Below the pieces are notes generated by a model, which was not told the DNA's origin, ran no database searches, and worked only from the letters and a program-made list of their open reading frames with translations. The position numbers were made by a program, and so were the translations under genes. This document shows positions 12,001 through 22,751 of a DNA stretch of 64,000 bases, one piece after another (position 1 is the stretch's first letter; each line of letters opens with the position of its first letter). This stretch comes from Candidatus Yanofskybacteria bacterium RIFCSPHIGHO2_01_FULL_41_26 (lineage in GTDB: Bacteria > Patescibacteriota > Minisyncoccia > 2-02-FULL-40-12 > GWA2-44-9), in NCBI GenBank assembly GCA_001794055.1, contig MGJB01000012.1, positions 1,124 to 65,123 of the forward strand. The letters run 5' to 3'.

Positions 12001-12186
12001 GGTGAAATGATTCTGGATATCTTTGTCACTAATCTCAAGCGAGAAATAAAAATCAAAATGCTCTGACTGATAAAAATTCCACGTGGTTTTTTCCCAAATC
12101 ACTTGATTTTTTCCAAACTGGGCATAAGCCGTCAATGGCATCAACAAAAACAACAAAGCGAGAAAAACAGTGAGTTTTCTGGTCAT
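9019..12186 (-). CDS. Secreted multidomain protein: gluzincin-like peptidase domain, TolB-like PD40 propeller, Omp85/BamA-like barrel
   Basis: Signal peptide, FGKNQV, HELAH...WLYEA, repeated SP.(W/F)S.DG motifs, LGG..TLRNY, AELRFP, C-terminal IGFNF. Confidence 0.8.
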   Translation of the reverse strand: MTRKLTVFLALLFLLMPLTAYAQFGKNQVIWEKTTWNFYQSEHFDFYFSLEISDKDIQNHFTNLVAHLEGSCEYLSFRLNHQLKKRPIVVVSRTHSQFEALHLAGEMFMPEGVGAYAFPRGSRLLPDTDMILVVKPDFLPVLNRTIYTHELAHIFQFDMVGWSFIGRAGGESIEPWLYEAIADYLANKYAPYSRDDIRKMEQRLAAANVKNPEMGLPTLEMLSQGQANPYSLGAMLFMFLEAKYGEKTVADQIVKIFSQRGQKFSELLADISKGEFYNAEAFDRAHRNYWADKYAKDSLERPKPYQETSSIKGRQIIRQPYPYPLTSPEVSPDDNFVAFLTFNPKNGIVLAVARMLPRDDPPYVSQANRKKRGMFGRKVNVQDPPLKILTKFMPPKHYEYIIAQELNVWPFNGSDLDWWQDPEWVAKVKGADKKELAKLMRVPSVSKISFFARKNKDHALFILDANTGKFLQEVELPLDQAFSPNFSADGKVLYFSAAKNIQRDVYSMNLETHELKNLTNGGVFNSAPRVSPGGTELAYVAFDGGFQKLFLLDLATGNKEQLTYGRWNDNSPSWSSDGRQLVYTSDEKDQIWNLYTLDLATRTNKQWTEYYGGVFTPKFVSGENDRVVYSAYLEDDQFRSYVYSNFELFDLRMKESLRTSVIDNKNENMELAFRSQEAVSEQLDQHQLARPQKPPARWKFYGSNVSIGTSTYWGLFASSQFVVQDVFANRTHAGLYIKYGDFQYTDYTYQDLSRRWGLTVNFNHSQYPLYYPLYNFQGQYSRYPYPNGDYKQFVLNSTWAEETSATFLTEYPFNKWNRVEFGVRPRKRTYFLPLTDADVAYLGDYLPEIDRQFYEFFKASSGQTNVGFITAFVHDTVLYSNNTLGPLPLHGDAMRAQVEYGLGLNKNSASYLTAQIDARRYIRLSGSSLVAVRAAGLTSNRPNGDSVMFLGGNNTLRNYPYFSVAGNQVGYGSAELRFPVADVAILSAIPFNVRGVLFVDYALAKFSDDLFPTRKEWSYGFGLQTNIFLPLNFEWAKTKFAPDKWSFNVRIGFNF

Positions 12187-12269
12187 TTCTTTTCCTAATT
12201 GACAAAGAACCGAAATCTATCGCAAAGCTACACGTTTTATAAACAAAGGTCAATCGTGTCAAATTACTC

Positions 12270-12638
12270 CTATGGAGAAACTGTAATCGTTCCCGTCATC
12301 GATGGATGGGGGGGACAATGATAATTAAACGTCCCTACAGTATTGAAAGTAAAACTGTATATTTCGTTCTGGCCCAAAAGCGGGCTTGAAAGGCCGCCAT
12401 CTCCCGTCACTGTATGAGAAACGGAGTCCTTATTAGTCCAAACCACCGTGTCACCCTTTCTGATTGTTATTAATGACTGATTAAAAGCAAAGCCTTTAAT
12501 TACAACGGTTATTGGAGTAGGTGTGGGGGTTAGAGTAGGTGTGGGAGTCTGATGGCTTGGGCCACTCTTTTTTGTCATATAAAAAATTCCCGCAACTACC
12601 ACAACGACTAAAACAAAACTAAGAATAATTTTGTTCAT
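12270..12638 (-). CDS. Membrane-anchored cupredoxin (plastocyanin/amicyanin-like)
   Basis: WTNKD..SHTV and YHCPPHPSM type-1 copper ligands; PT linker. Confidence 0.9.
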   Translation of the reverse strand: MNKIILSFVLVVVVVAGIFYMTKKSGPSHQTPTPTLTPTPTPITVVIKGFAFNQSLITIRKGDTVVWTNKDSVSHTVTGDGGLSSPLLGQNEIYSFTFNTVGTFNYHCPPHPSMTGTITVSP

Positions 12639-12785
12639 AATATTTAACTATAAACTTTCTCTCATGACAGAGCAACCCTTTCAATGGGACAATAAGTGTA
12701 GCGCGTCGAAGCCCTGTTAGACGTTCTGGTGAGATGCCGGTATGTTTTTTTATTGTTTTAGATTTTGCCATAGATTGAATAATAT

Positions 12786-13520
12786 TTATTTTTTAATCAT
12801 CAAAACTTGGGTGGCTTCCATTGGTTGTAGTTTTTCTGGTTTGTCTGCCATAAATTCATCGAATGCTGTCCAGACGCCTTTACATTGACCATAGTCGTGA
12901 GACAAGATCCTGCCGCCAGACAACATACGCGGATAAAAGAATTCCAAGGCCTTTTTAGTAACGCTGTAAAGATCTACATCAAGGTGGACGAAGGAAAACC
13001 TCAAATCTTTGATAGCGTCTGCGGTATTGGGAAACAGTCCGGGGTAGATTTTCACAGCTGGATATTTAGAAAGTCTATCTCTAACTTCTTTTTCGCTGGC
13101 AGTGAACATTTCTTTTTTGAATCGTCCGTCGCGATTGCTTACTTGATCAGGCAAACCTTCAAAAGTATCGAAAAGATGTAGAGGAGTATTTCCTTTAATT
13201 TCGGAGATTGCTTTTGCGGACGCACCGCGAAAAACTCCTACTTCAGCATATGCCCCTCCATGATCGACCATGATGCGAGACTGTTCCCAAATATTAAGTA
13301 ACTCGCCCGGGCTAAAAAGAACAGGCTTCCTGCCGGTAAACAAGCTGACAAACACAGGGCCTTCTTCCTCGCTATAAATTTTAGACACTAATTTAAACGC
13401 CTTCTCTTCAAGGGGATTGCGTTTATAATATTTCAACTTGCCAAGTTCAATATGCGACATAATACGCTTTATTAACATTCCCCAACGTGTATTTGAAATT
13501 TGATTGTCGATTCCTGCCAT
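12786..13520 (-). CDS. TylF/MycF-family O-methyltransferase
   Basis: EVGVFRG, LFDTFEGLP, FVHLDVDLY, HDY. Confidence 0.88.
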   Translation of the reverse strand: MAGIDNQISNTRWGMLIKRIMSHIELGKLKYYKRNPLEEKAFKLVSKIYSEEEGPVFVSLFTGRKPVLFSPGELLNIWEQSRIMVDHGGAYAEVGVFRGASAKAISEIKGNTPLHLFDTFEGLPDQVSNRDGRFKKEMFTASEKEVRDRLSKYPAVKIYPGLFPNTADAIKDLRFSFVHLDVDLYSVTKKALEFFYPRMLSGGRILSHDYGQCKGVWTAFDEFMADKPEKLQPMEATQVLMIKK

Positions 13521-13584
13521 AGTTCGAATCCCTTCACCAACTTCGCTAAAGCTACGTCGAGCCGAAGAGGGTTCTTACGTTTTA

Positions 13585-13839
13585 TCACTTTTCGGTTTTG
13601 AAACGTGGCGCAAAATGTTTCTTTATAAACGCTCGACCGGAGCCAGACTTGAGATATTTTTCGAATTCAAAAGCCTTATATTTATCTTCGGTGGCAAAAT
13701 AAAATTCTAATGCCATGGGCAGACGGTTTGCCGTGGCAGGTACATGACCTTTTTGATGTCTATCCAATCTGTCCTGTAAATCGTCAGTGCAACCTACATA
13801 AAATCCATCTTTGCATTTTAAACTATATACGTAATACAT
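13585..13839 (-). CDS. Small GIY-YIG nuclease
   Basis: YYVYSL..FYVGCT.DL..RL..H, EKYLKSGSGR. Confidence 0.9.
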   Translation of the reverse strand: MYYVYSLKCKDGFYVGCTDDLQDRLDRHQKGHVPATANRLPMALEFYFATEDKYKAFEFEKYLKSGSGRAFIKKHFAPRFKTEK

Positions 13840-13920
13840 AAAATTCTTTTGGCGAAGGTCGCCTTCGCAAACCTACTTGCGGACTATGTCACGCCGTAGG
13901 TTCGCTTCGGCGAACCGAAG

Positions 13921-14026
13921 GCGGTGTATTCTTGAAATAGCTCGAACGGAATTCGCTCCTCGTCCCGCTTCGCGCGGCTCGGATGAATCGGGCAGGCAAA
14001 ATGAATTCTGAAGCCGAGAGCATTAA
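13921..14026 (+). repeat. Left arm of a ~105-bp imperfect inverted repeat
   Basis: GGCGGTGTATTCT..AGCTCGAACGGAATTCGCTCCTCG...GCAAAATGAATTCTGAAGCCGAGAGCATT; matches the reverse complement of 15023-15126. Confidence 0.85.
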
Positions 14027-14234
14027 CAATTTCAAGTTTTTAATTGAGTTAAGTATAACTCAATTCAGTGAATTTTTCAATTTAAAATTATTGAAAAATT
14101 CACTGGCTTTGGCGGCAAATTCTCGCTCTTTGAATTATTAAAAAAACGGTCAGCTTGTGGGCTGACCGACCAACCGATAGGTTGGAATTTGTGCCTCGCA
14201 TGTGCGAGGGCTTGAATGCAGTTATGTCGAGAGA

Positions 14235-14795
14235 CTACTCGTCATCGGTCGTATGGACTCGCTCCTCGTTCGGAATTGGCTCCGGACGGAAAGCATGGTC
14301 GTGCAAGATGTGCGGTCCATGTTGTAATGCTCGCTCGAGCTTTTGACGAAGCACACCGGGCCTGCCATCCACATGTCTGTTCTTGCCCCGCCCAGCACGA
14401 CCCTCCAAGTGATCGAGAACATCCAGAAGGACGAAGTCCTTGTATGTTCCCGGTACCCGCCGAAGTTCGATCGTGAGTGTTCCATTGCCCAGGTCTTTGT
14501 CGACCTTGAGCCAAGCATTTGCACACCGAAGATGTTTGTCGCTCGGTGGCAACGAGTGGCCTCTGTCGAATTTCAGGACGACCTTCTTCGGCCCTCGATA
14601 TTCATCGCGGAATTGTCTGACCTCTCGGTCAACCAATGTTGTGACGTCATCGAAAAAGCCGAGTGCAATGACCATGTCGAGCCATGGCCACGAGGGAAAC
14701 TCCTCATCCGGCGTTTCGGGTAAAGCTTGGGTAAACGTCAGTAACCCTTGCTTTTTGTCAAAACCGACTTCTAGACTTGCTTTCAAGGTACTCAT
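14235..14795 (-). CDS. GC-rich hypothetical protein
   Basis: ATG at 14795 after AAAGGAGGAG; TTGACA-N17-TATAGT at 14874-14902; downstream hairpin plus T-run near 14140-14169. Confidence 0.7.
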   Translation of the reverse strand: MSTLKASLEVGFDKKQGLLTFTQALPETPDEEFPSWPWLDMVIALGFFDDVTTLVDREVRQFRDEYRGPKKVVLKFDRGHSLPPSDKHLRCANAWLKVDKDLGNGTLTIELRRVPGTYKDFVLLDVLDHLEGRAGRGKNRHVDGRPGVLRQKLERALQHGPHILHDHAFRPEPIPNEERVHTTDDE

Positions 14796-15022
14796 TACGC
14801 TCCTCCTTTGGTTATTCCGTCCACATTGAGAGGATATCAGGACGGAAGTTGCCAGCACCATGCTGGGCACCTTACTATAAGTCATCGAAAGCAGAATGTC
14901 AATCGCAATAAAAAAATCAGCATCTCTGCTGTTTCTAATCTAAAACTCTTATGAAAAAATTTCTTTTGCCCTTCCAAAATATGATTCGAGCCGATTTGTT
15001 TTCAGGTTCTTTGGCAGTTTGG

Positions 15023-15126
15023 AATGCTCTCGGCTTCAGAATTCATTTTGCCCGCCCGCCCATTCCGAGCCGCGCTGTGCGCGGCGAGGAGCGAATTCCG
15101 TTCGAGCTAATTTCAGAATACACCGC
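15023..15126 (-). repeat. Right arm of the ~105-bp inverted repeat
   Basis: Reverse complement of 13921-14026 with a few mismatches. Confidence 0.85.
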
Positions 15127-15213
15127 CAATTGGAAAAATGCAAATTTGAAGAGGTTAGCTCGCGGCGCGTTCTGCGCCGCGAGCTGGCTTCCCCAAATTT
15201 GCATTTTCCCAAC

Positions 15214-15303
15214 TGGCGGAGAGGGTGGGATTTGAACCCACGATGCCCTTTCGAGCATGCCGCCTTTCCAAGGCGGTGGAATAAACCACTATCCGACCTC
15301 TCC
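15214..15303 (-). tRNA. tRNA-Ser(GGA)
   Basis: GGAGAGG acceptor stem, anticodon arm CCGCC-TTGGAAA-GGCGG, long variable arm, GTTCAAATC, encoded CCA. Confidence 0.96.
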
Positions 15304-15331
15304 TAATCGAAAAATCATACCATTGGAATGG

Positions 15332-15925
15332 CTATTTTTCCAGAGCCAACATCTTCTTTGAGAGTTGAGAATAAACAAATCTGCGGTGATTTATTTCTTC
15401 ATGTTCTTCGTGAGTTAAATCTTGATAAAGTTTATTAAATTGAGGTATCCAGAAAATAGCACGGAACGGGTATCCTTTCTCACATGGCGCAGTTTGTTTT
15501 TCAACTATGTAACCGTCAATACTTCCCTCGGCATGTAAAATATTTTTTCCATCATAATAAACCCCGACAGTTCTCAAATGAGCGGTTCTTTTGTTTTGCG
15601 GAATATTTTTTAATTTGTATAAGACCAGGTCAATAAGCTCCTGATCAGTGGCCTCATGACCGGGCCAGCGCCGGCTCATTACCCCCGGCTCACCGTTAAG
15701 CGCATCTATCTCCAGTCCCCCATCATCAGATACGGCCGGAATTCCAAATAACTCAAAATAACTTTTGGCTTTTAGCACAGCATTCTCCAGAAAGGTCTTT
15801 TCTGTTTCTTTAACATCGAGAGTGTCCGGAAAGTCTGCAAGAGAAACTTTTTCAAAATTATCGCCAAGATATTTTTCTACCTCCTTTGCTTTAGCTGGAT
15901 TTTTTGTCGCAATAAGTATTTTCAT
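15332..15925 (-). CDS. rdgB: Non-canonical purine NTP pyrophosphatase (Ham1/RdgB family)
   Basis: ATKNPAK, ENAVLKA, SDDGGLEIDALNGEPGV, NHR. Confidence 0.9.
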   Translation of the reverse strand: MKILIATKNPAKAKEVEKYLGDNFEKVSLADFPDTLDVKETEKTFLENAVLKAKSYFELFGIPAVSDDGGLEIDALNGEPGVMSRRWPGHEATDQELIDLVLYKLKNIPQNKRTAHLRTVGVYYDGKNILHAEGSIDGYIVEKQTAPCEKGYPFRAIFWIPQFNKLYQDLTHEEHEEINHRRFVYSQLSKKMLALEK

Positions 15926-15993
15926 TTTTATATTTTAACAATCATTATGCAAAAATCAAAAGAACGGTGTCATCGCCGTTCTTTTTTTATATT

Positions 15994-17718
<1,725 letters not shown>

Positions 17719-17751
17719 TTAATGCTTCAAGCTTCATGCTTCACGTTTCAA

Positions 17752-18054
17752 TTATTCAATAATCGCCAATATATCTTCTTCTTTGGCGATTAAATATTCT
17801 TTACCGTCTATTTTAATTTCGTTCGGTCCGTATTTTGTAAATAAAACGATATCTCCCTTTTTAACCTCCAAAGACACCCTCTTGCCTTCGCCAGTTGGTG
17901 AATTTAACCTTTTACCCGGCCCGACGGCAATAATTTTGCCTTTTTCCTGCCTTTCCTTTTCGATTGTTTCCGGTAAAATAATGCCTCCTTTTTTCTTGTC
18001 CTCTCTAAGAGGTTCTATCAGAACGTGATCTGATAATGGTGTTATTTTTGTCAT
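17752..18054 (-). CDS. groS: Co-chaperonin GroES
   Basis: PLSDHVLI, GGIILP, AVGPG, EDILAII. Start set at MTKIT, just after TTGACA-N16-TATAAT (18062-18089). Confidence 0.96.
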   Translation of the reverse strand: MTKITPLSDHVLIEPLREDKKKGGIILPETIEKERQEKGKIIAVGPGKRLNSPTGEGKRVSLEVKKGDIVLFTKYGPNEIKIDGKEYLIAKEEDILAIIE

Positions 18055-18131
18055 ACAGTGTATTATAGTCATTAAAAATTAATTGTCAATCCCGCTTTTA
18101 AGTAAAAAATCCCCCTATGGGGATTGGTCAA

Positions 18132-19961
18132 TTAAAAGAGATAGAGTAAAAACCACTTTCTTTTTTTAGGTTCTTTTTTCTCGTTAATGGACATTCCTTT
18201 TGTCTGAACCGTAATATTAAGCACAAAATCAACGTCAATGAAATCGTCTAGAATTGGCGTAAGGGTTAGAACAACTTCTTTGCTGTCTTTTGTCAGAAAA
18301 TGTTTCAATTCATCCTCGCCGATATCAACCCACCCCAATTCCGGATTGGCCGATGTTTGAGAATTGGAATTTTTAGCCTTCGTTTCGGTCTTGGCTTTTG
18401 GCATTACCTGCTGAACATATAAAACATCGGTCTTATAGTTCATGGCCTCATTCAGTTGTTTGATAAAATCCTCAACAGAAGTTCCATTTGTCAAACTTCT
18501 CTTATCTGTAAACCTGCTACCCCCTTGGATCACAACAACAATATTGGGAAAAACTCCCGGACCAATTCTCTCCATAAAATCTTCCGGAACTTTAATCGGA
18601 ACGCTTATTTTTCTAAGGGCGCCGGAAGAAATTTCTTCCAAAATCATATCCGCATATACTGTTTCTCCCGGAGACGCCTTGTTTTCAGATAAAAAGGCTG
18701 CCTTTTTAATCCAAACTTTAAAATTCTTAACAAAATCTACCCGAACCCTTACGTCTCCAATCTTGCGGTTAAGTTTTTTACCCTTAAGACTCTCCAAAAC
18801 AAGATCTACCCTATCGAACAGTTCCTGAAAAGGACTTTTGGGATCTTTCTGATCTTTTTGAATTCTGACTGGTATAATATTTTTCAGGAAAATTTCAGAC
18901 TCATCTTGAATACTTATCCTCACCTGATAAGAAACGGGCAACAAGCTTAAATCGCCAAGCACTTGCTCCGCCCAAATGCCGGGTAATTTGTTTATGAGCA
19001 TTCTAGCCATAGGGCTTGGGATTACTTCTTCTTTTAAAGTCGCCTGCCCATTACCCAGATGAAGTTCTGTAATTAGCGGTGTGCCGGGTGCTGTCATGCC
19101 GATTATTCCTGCCATCTCAAACGCACCGTCAACAAGCATCGCTCCTTCTGTATTCAGATAACAGCCAGGAAGCTTATAAGAGGCAAAGGGGGTTTGAATG
19201 GTATCAGCCACCGCCACGTGAACAAAAGGATAATTTACCATTCCCGTACCAAAAAGAGGGTGGCCAAAAATATAAATTTTATCGTCGTCTCTCCATGTTA
19301 CAGTACCAGAAGCGCCAATGGAAATTAAACCTCTGGCCAGAAGAACCGATACCATTGAACCCGGCTTAAGTTCACTGTCCGCCAACTGGTAACATTTACC
19401 AGGCGAAACGCCTTGGGCCGCCAAATTATTGATTTTGGGAAAGAGCATAAGATTAAAAAATTCCATGCCCCCGATGTTGATCTTATCGGGCATCTGATTA
19501 GAAAGACTTATAGCCGCCTCATACCCGCCAAACCGGGCTCCAAGCATGTATTCGGCAGGAGTCAGGAGACAATTCATGCCCCCTTCAATAAAAGAACCTA
19601 TACGGTAACTCAAAGCGCCAACTAAGATTCCGTTCTTAACACAATCATCCAAATCATTACAACCAACGAATATAGGGCTGCCACTCATACCAGATATGGC
19701 ACCTATTTTTTCCAAGGTCGTATCCATCGGGCCTCCGGAAATTCTCGCTAAAATTAGACTGCTGCCCATATTGTCAATTGTGTTTCCAAGAACAACATCA
19801 AACGGTTCCGGTTCAACACCCTTGAAAACAGAGAAGCCAATTGCTTTTGTTCCAGGATGAAGATCCTTCAGTTGGAGGATCTTCGGTTTGTAAGCCCAAG
19901 CATCAACGGCAAAAAACATTAGCACAACAAAAACAGAGAGTAGCCTCATTAAACCTTTCAT
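18132..19961 (-). CDS. SpoIVB/peptidase S55-like secreted protein
   Basis: Signal peptide, GMSGSPI, LVGALSY, GTVT, FGHP. Confidence 0.8.
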   Translation of the reverse strand: MKGLMRLLSVFVVLMFFAVDAWAYKPKILQLKDLHPGTKAIGFSVFKGVEPEPFDVVLGNTIDNMGSSLILARISGGPMDTTLEKIGAISGMSGSPIFVGCNDLDDCVKNGILVGALSYRIGSFIEGGMNCLLTPAEYMLGARFGGYEAAISLSNQMPDKINIGGMEFFNLMLFPKINNLAAQGVSPGKCYQLADSELKPGSMVSVLLARGLISIGASGTVTWRDDDKIYIFGHPLFGTGMVNYPFVHVAVADTIQTPFASYKLPGCYLNTEGAMLVDGAFEMAGIIGMTAPGTPLITELHLGNGQATLKEEVIPSPMARMLINKLPGIWAEQVLGDLSLLPVSYQVRISIQDESEIFLKNIIPVRIQKDQKDPKSPFQELFDRVDLVLESLKGKKLNRKIGDVRVRVDFVKNFKVWIKKAAFLSENKASPGETVYADMILEEISSGALRKISVPIKVPEDFMERIGPGVFPNIVVVIQGGSRFTDKRSLTNGTSVEDFIKQLNEAMNYKTDVLYVQQVMPKAKTETKAKNSNSQTSANPELGWVDIGEDELKHFLTKDSKEVVLTLTPILDDFIDVDFVLNITVQTKGMSINEKKEPKKRKWFLLYLF

Positions 19962-20049
19962 TTCATCCTCTTTTCAAAGAACTGAAATAATCTGTGGCAA
20001 GTATAGGGTAAACGAATAAAACTCGCAATGGGCCAAAGAAACAGATACT

Positions 20050-21033
20050 CTAAACAGTCAGTCCTGAATCTTTTTCTTCGACACGTTGGACGATACCGAG
20101 CTGTTTTAGTTTTTTATTATACTTATTGATAGCAAAAGCTTCGAAAGAACGGGGGTGAAATTCCAATTCATTATCGTTAAAAACAACCCTCCCCCCCGAT
20201 TCATAAGTCGCGGGATTATTTTTTATTCTTTTATGTTGATAAGCCTTAAAACATTTCTCAAGCCAATCCCCTGTTTTAGAATTTAAAATAAATTCTAAAA
20301 ATTTTGTTATGAAATTAATGACGAGGTCCGACCTTGGGACTTCTTTAAGGTCGGACCTCAAAGAATTATAAATATACTTCTCGAGCCAAATGTTTTCGGC
20401 GTAAAAACGGCCAAAAATTCCATCTCTAGCAAAAACAGGCTTGAGATTAGCGTAAGTCTGGGCATTAAATAAACTCTCATGCCTAATATTCATTTTCCCG
20501 TCGGTGATATAGTGATTAAAACAAAATTTATCAGGCGCTATTTTTTCATATCTGGTCCTGCGGACACCAAAAAGAGAGGCAACTAAACTTAAAAACATTC
20601 TACAAGTATAGAGACGACCCGATTTCGCAATTGCAAGAACGTCAAAATCGCTATCTTCGTCGGTATTATTTATGGCCATTGAACCGGAAACTAAAACCGC
20701 TCTCAAAAAAGGCACGGCCTGGAACCATTTTGCTGTTTTCAAAAGTTTCTTCCATTTTTTAACAGCAATCGCTTCTCTTTCGATTCTTAATTTATACAAA
20801 GCATCTCTGTCAGGTAAAAAATAAAAACCATCCTTGAAACCGATATCGCCGGTTGAAGCCAAATCATCCAAGTTCTCCCTAATTTGGGCTTGAATTGCCC
20901 CGAGATCCGACCTCAAAGAACTAAGCCGTTCCGGATTTATCAAATATTTATTAATCTCCGGCACAGTCAATGGAAAATCAAAAATATCGTAGTAGACAAG
21001 AGTAGCAATTATTGAATCTCGCAGGTACCTCAT
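20050..21033 (-). CDS. Nucleotidyltransferase-domain protein (CPR-type)
   Basis: TLVYYDIFDFPLT, SGSMA...DSDFD, KFCFNHY; start set at MRYLR. Confidence 0.75.
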   Translation of the reverse strand: MRYLRDSIIATLVYYDIFDFPLTVPEINKYLINPERLSSLRSDLGAIQAQIRENLDDLASTGDIGFKDGFYFLPDRDALYKLRIEREAIAVKKWKKLLKTAKWFQAVPFLRAVLVSGSMAINNTDEDSDFDVLAIAKSGRLYTCRMFLSLVASLFGVRRTRYEKIAPDKFCFNHYITDGKMNIRHESLFNAQTYANLKPVFARDGIFGRFYAENIWLEKYIYNSLRSDLKEVPRSDLVINFITKFLEFILNSKTGDWLEKCFKAYQHKRIKNNPATYESGGRVVFNDNELEFHPRSFEAFAINKYNKKLKQLGIVQRVEEKDSGLTV

Positions 21034-21083
21034 ATGACAAAGGTACCCAAAAATACAAAAGCTCGCAATCGCGAGCTGGGGAA

Positions 21084-21470
21084 CTAAGTCTTGCAGGGAT
21101 TCGGACAATCGCAGTGATCGGGCTTGCAGTGCACCTTACAGCGCTTTCCTTCCTCGTAATTCTCGCTGGGCTTTCCATTCTCACACTTCCTCATGCAGGT
21201 ACATCCAAGCTTATTGGGGTCGGTCGCGCCGACCTTCGGATTCTTGGGGTTCGGGCGCTCGCAGTGCTTATCGCCTTCGGGCTCCTGCGGTGGTCTTTGT
21301 TCCTGACGAGAAACAGTTGTCGTTGACGTCAGTTTGGCCCCTTTGGCCTTGTTCAGAAAGCAGATCTCGTCTTGAGTTTTGGCTTGAACCTGATCATGAA
21401 CTGAAGAATAAAACTATACCGCCAACAAAAGAACTGCAGAAACTACCACAACAGTAAAAGTTCTGAACAT
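21084..21470 (-). pseudogene. Cys-rich secreted protein interrupted by an in-frame TAG (21414-21416); absent from the ORF track
   Basis: MFRTFTVVVVSAVLLLAV*FYSS...CERP...GCTCMRKC...RCKVHCKPDHCDCPNPCKT; AAGGA RBS; terminator hairpin at ~21060-21077. Confidence 0.75.
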
Positions 21471-21566
21471 TGATCATCCTTTTTAAAAAAGAACCTGGTG
21501 ACAACATATTACAGCTAATTTCGAATGTCAAATGCTCTTAAAAATAAAAGCCCCTTAAAACAGGGC

Positions 21567-22751
21567 TCAAACTCTATTTCTATTGAAATAGCCTGAAACA
21601 GGATGAGACAAAATTCCGATAACCAGAACAACAACGGCGACTACAAGAAAATACTGCCAAAGCTGATTTTCTTTATCGTTGTTGCTTCCAAATTCCGGTA
21701 AAGTGCTTCGGGTAGAGTCTATGACAGACCTCAGGTAGCTTCTTACTGTGGTTGTGGCATTTTCGACTGTCCAGATGTGGCCGGTCGGGTCTGTTCCCGT
21801 TGAACGGGACAGAAAAGATAAATTATTCTTATCCAAACGGGAAATTCCGTTTTTCCATCCCTCATTAATCAGCTCTTCTTCGTTATAATCTTCTCCTTTT
21901 TTGTAGCCTCTCACAAGAGTCCACCAATTCACCCCTCTTTGGGTACCAACTCCGACCGGATATATCTTAATGCCCCGGCGACGGAATTCTCTCAAAGCCG
22001 CATTGAACCTTTTCAAATAATCATCTTTGTATTGAGTAGCGGTGGCCGTGGTTGGTTTGTCATTTTTGAACTGATCTTCACCGTCACTTATAAGAATAAC
22101 GATCCGATTTGTTCTTTTTTGAGGAACATATCTGGAAACTTTTTTAACACCCATATCCTGCCTATCCAACGATTGATAGATGTTCTCAAGCATTGAGGCA
22201 AAATCCGAATCCCAGATAAGTCCGTCACCTTTCAGATCGCCCTGTCTGGGAAAATTGATATTAGCTACTCTTTCGAAAACAGTATCGTGTTTATTGGTAA
22301 GATATATTTTCCGGTGAGATTCTCTTCCGAAAACAAATAAAGCAATTTTGTCGTTATCGTTCAAAAAAGCTTCGATGTTCAAAGCTTCGCGTTTGGCAAT
22401 TTCCAGGCGTGATTCCTTAACATCGTTTCCCCGCATTGATATTGACCGGTCAATAACCATAACTATTTCTACACTTCCTCTGGAAAAACTGACTCTATCT
22501 TTAGCTAAATATGGTTTTGCCAAAGCCAAGATCATTAAAGCCCCGGCCGGAATAACAAATAATCCCCAGATCTTCACTCTTCCTATAAGAGGATACTTCG
22601 AACCATAGGTCGGGAGTGACCTAGTTTTTCTTTTTATGACAACAGCGAGCAACCAAACAACGAATAGTATCGCCAGGGGAATCAGAAGATAAAGAAATAC
22701 CGGCTCCAAAAAATGCAAACTATTCCGTAAATTTGTGAAGGCCTCGATCAT
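21567..22751 (-). CDS. vWA-domain membrane protein (BatB/MxaL-like)
   Basis: ILALAKP, MIDAS DRSISM, LISDGED, YPVGVGT, C-terminal TM segment. Confidence 0.85.
   Translation of the reverse strand: MIEAFTNLRNSLHFLEPVFLYLLIPLAILFVVWLLAVVIKRKTRSLPTYGSKYPLIGRVKIWGLFVIPAGALMILALAKPYLAKDRVSFSRGSVEIVMVIDRSISMRGNDVKESRLEIAKREALNIEAFLNDNDKIALFVFGRESHRKIYLTNKHDTVFERVANINFPRQGDLKGDGLIWDSDFASMLENIYQSLDRQDMGVKKVSRYVPQKRTNRIVILISDGEDQFKNDKPTTATATQYKDDYLKRFNAALREFRRRGIKIYPVGVGTQRGVNWWTLVRGYKKGEDYNEEELINEGWKNGISRLDKNNLSFLSRSTGTDPTGHIWTVENATTTVRSYLRSVIDSTRSTLPEFGSNNDKENQLWQYFLVVAVVVLVIGILSHPVSGYFNRNRV

Noticed and set aside
21414-21416. Genome-wide stop-codon recoding
   Set aside because: TAG ends groL, recA and rpsR at their expected C-termini, and TGA ends trpS, so code 11 fits
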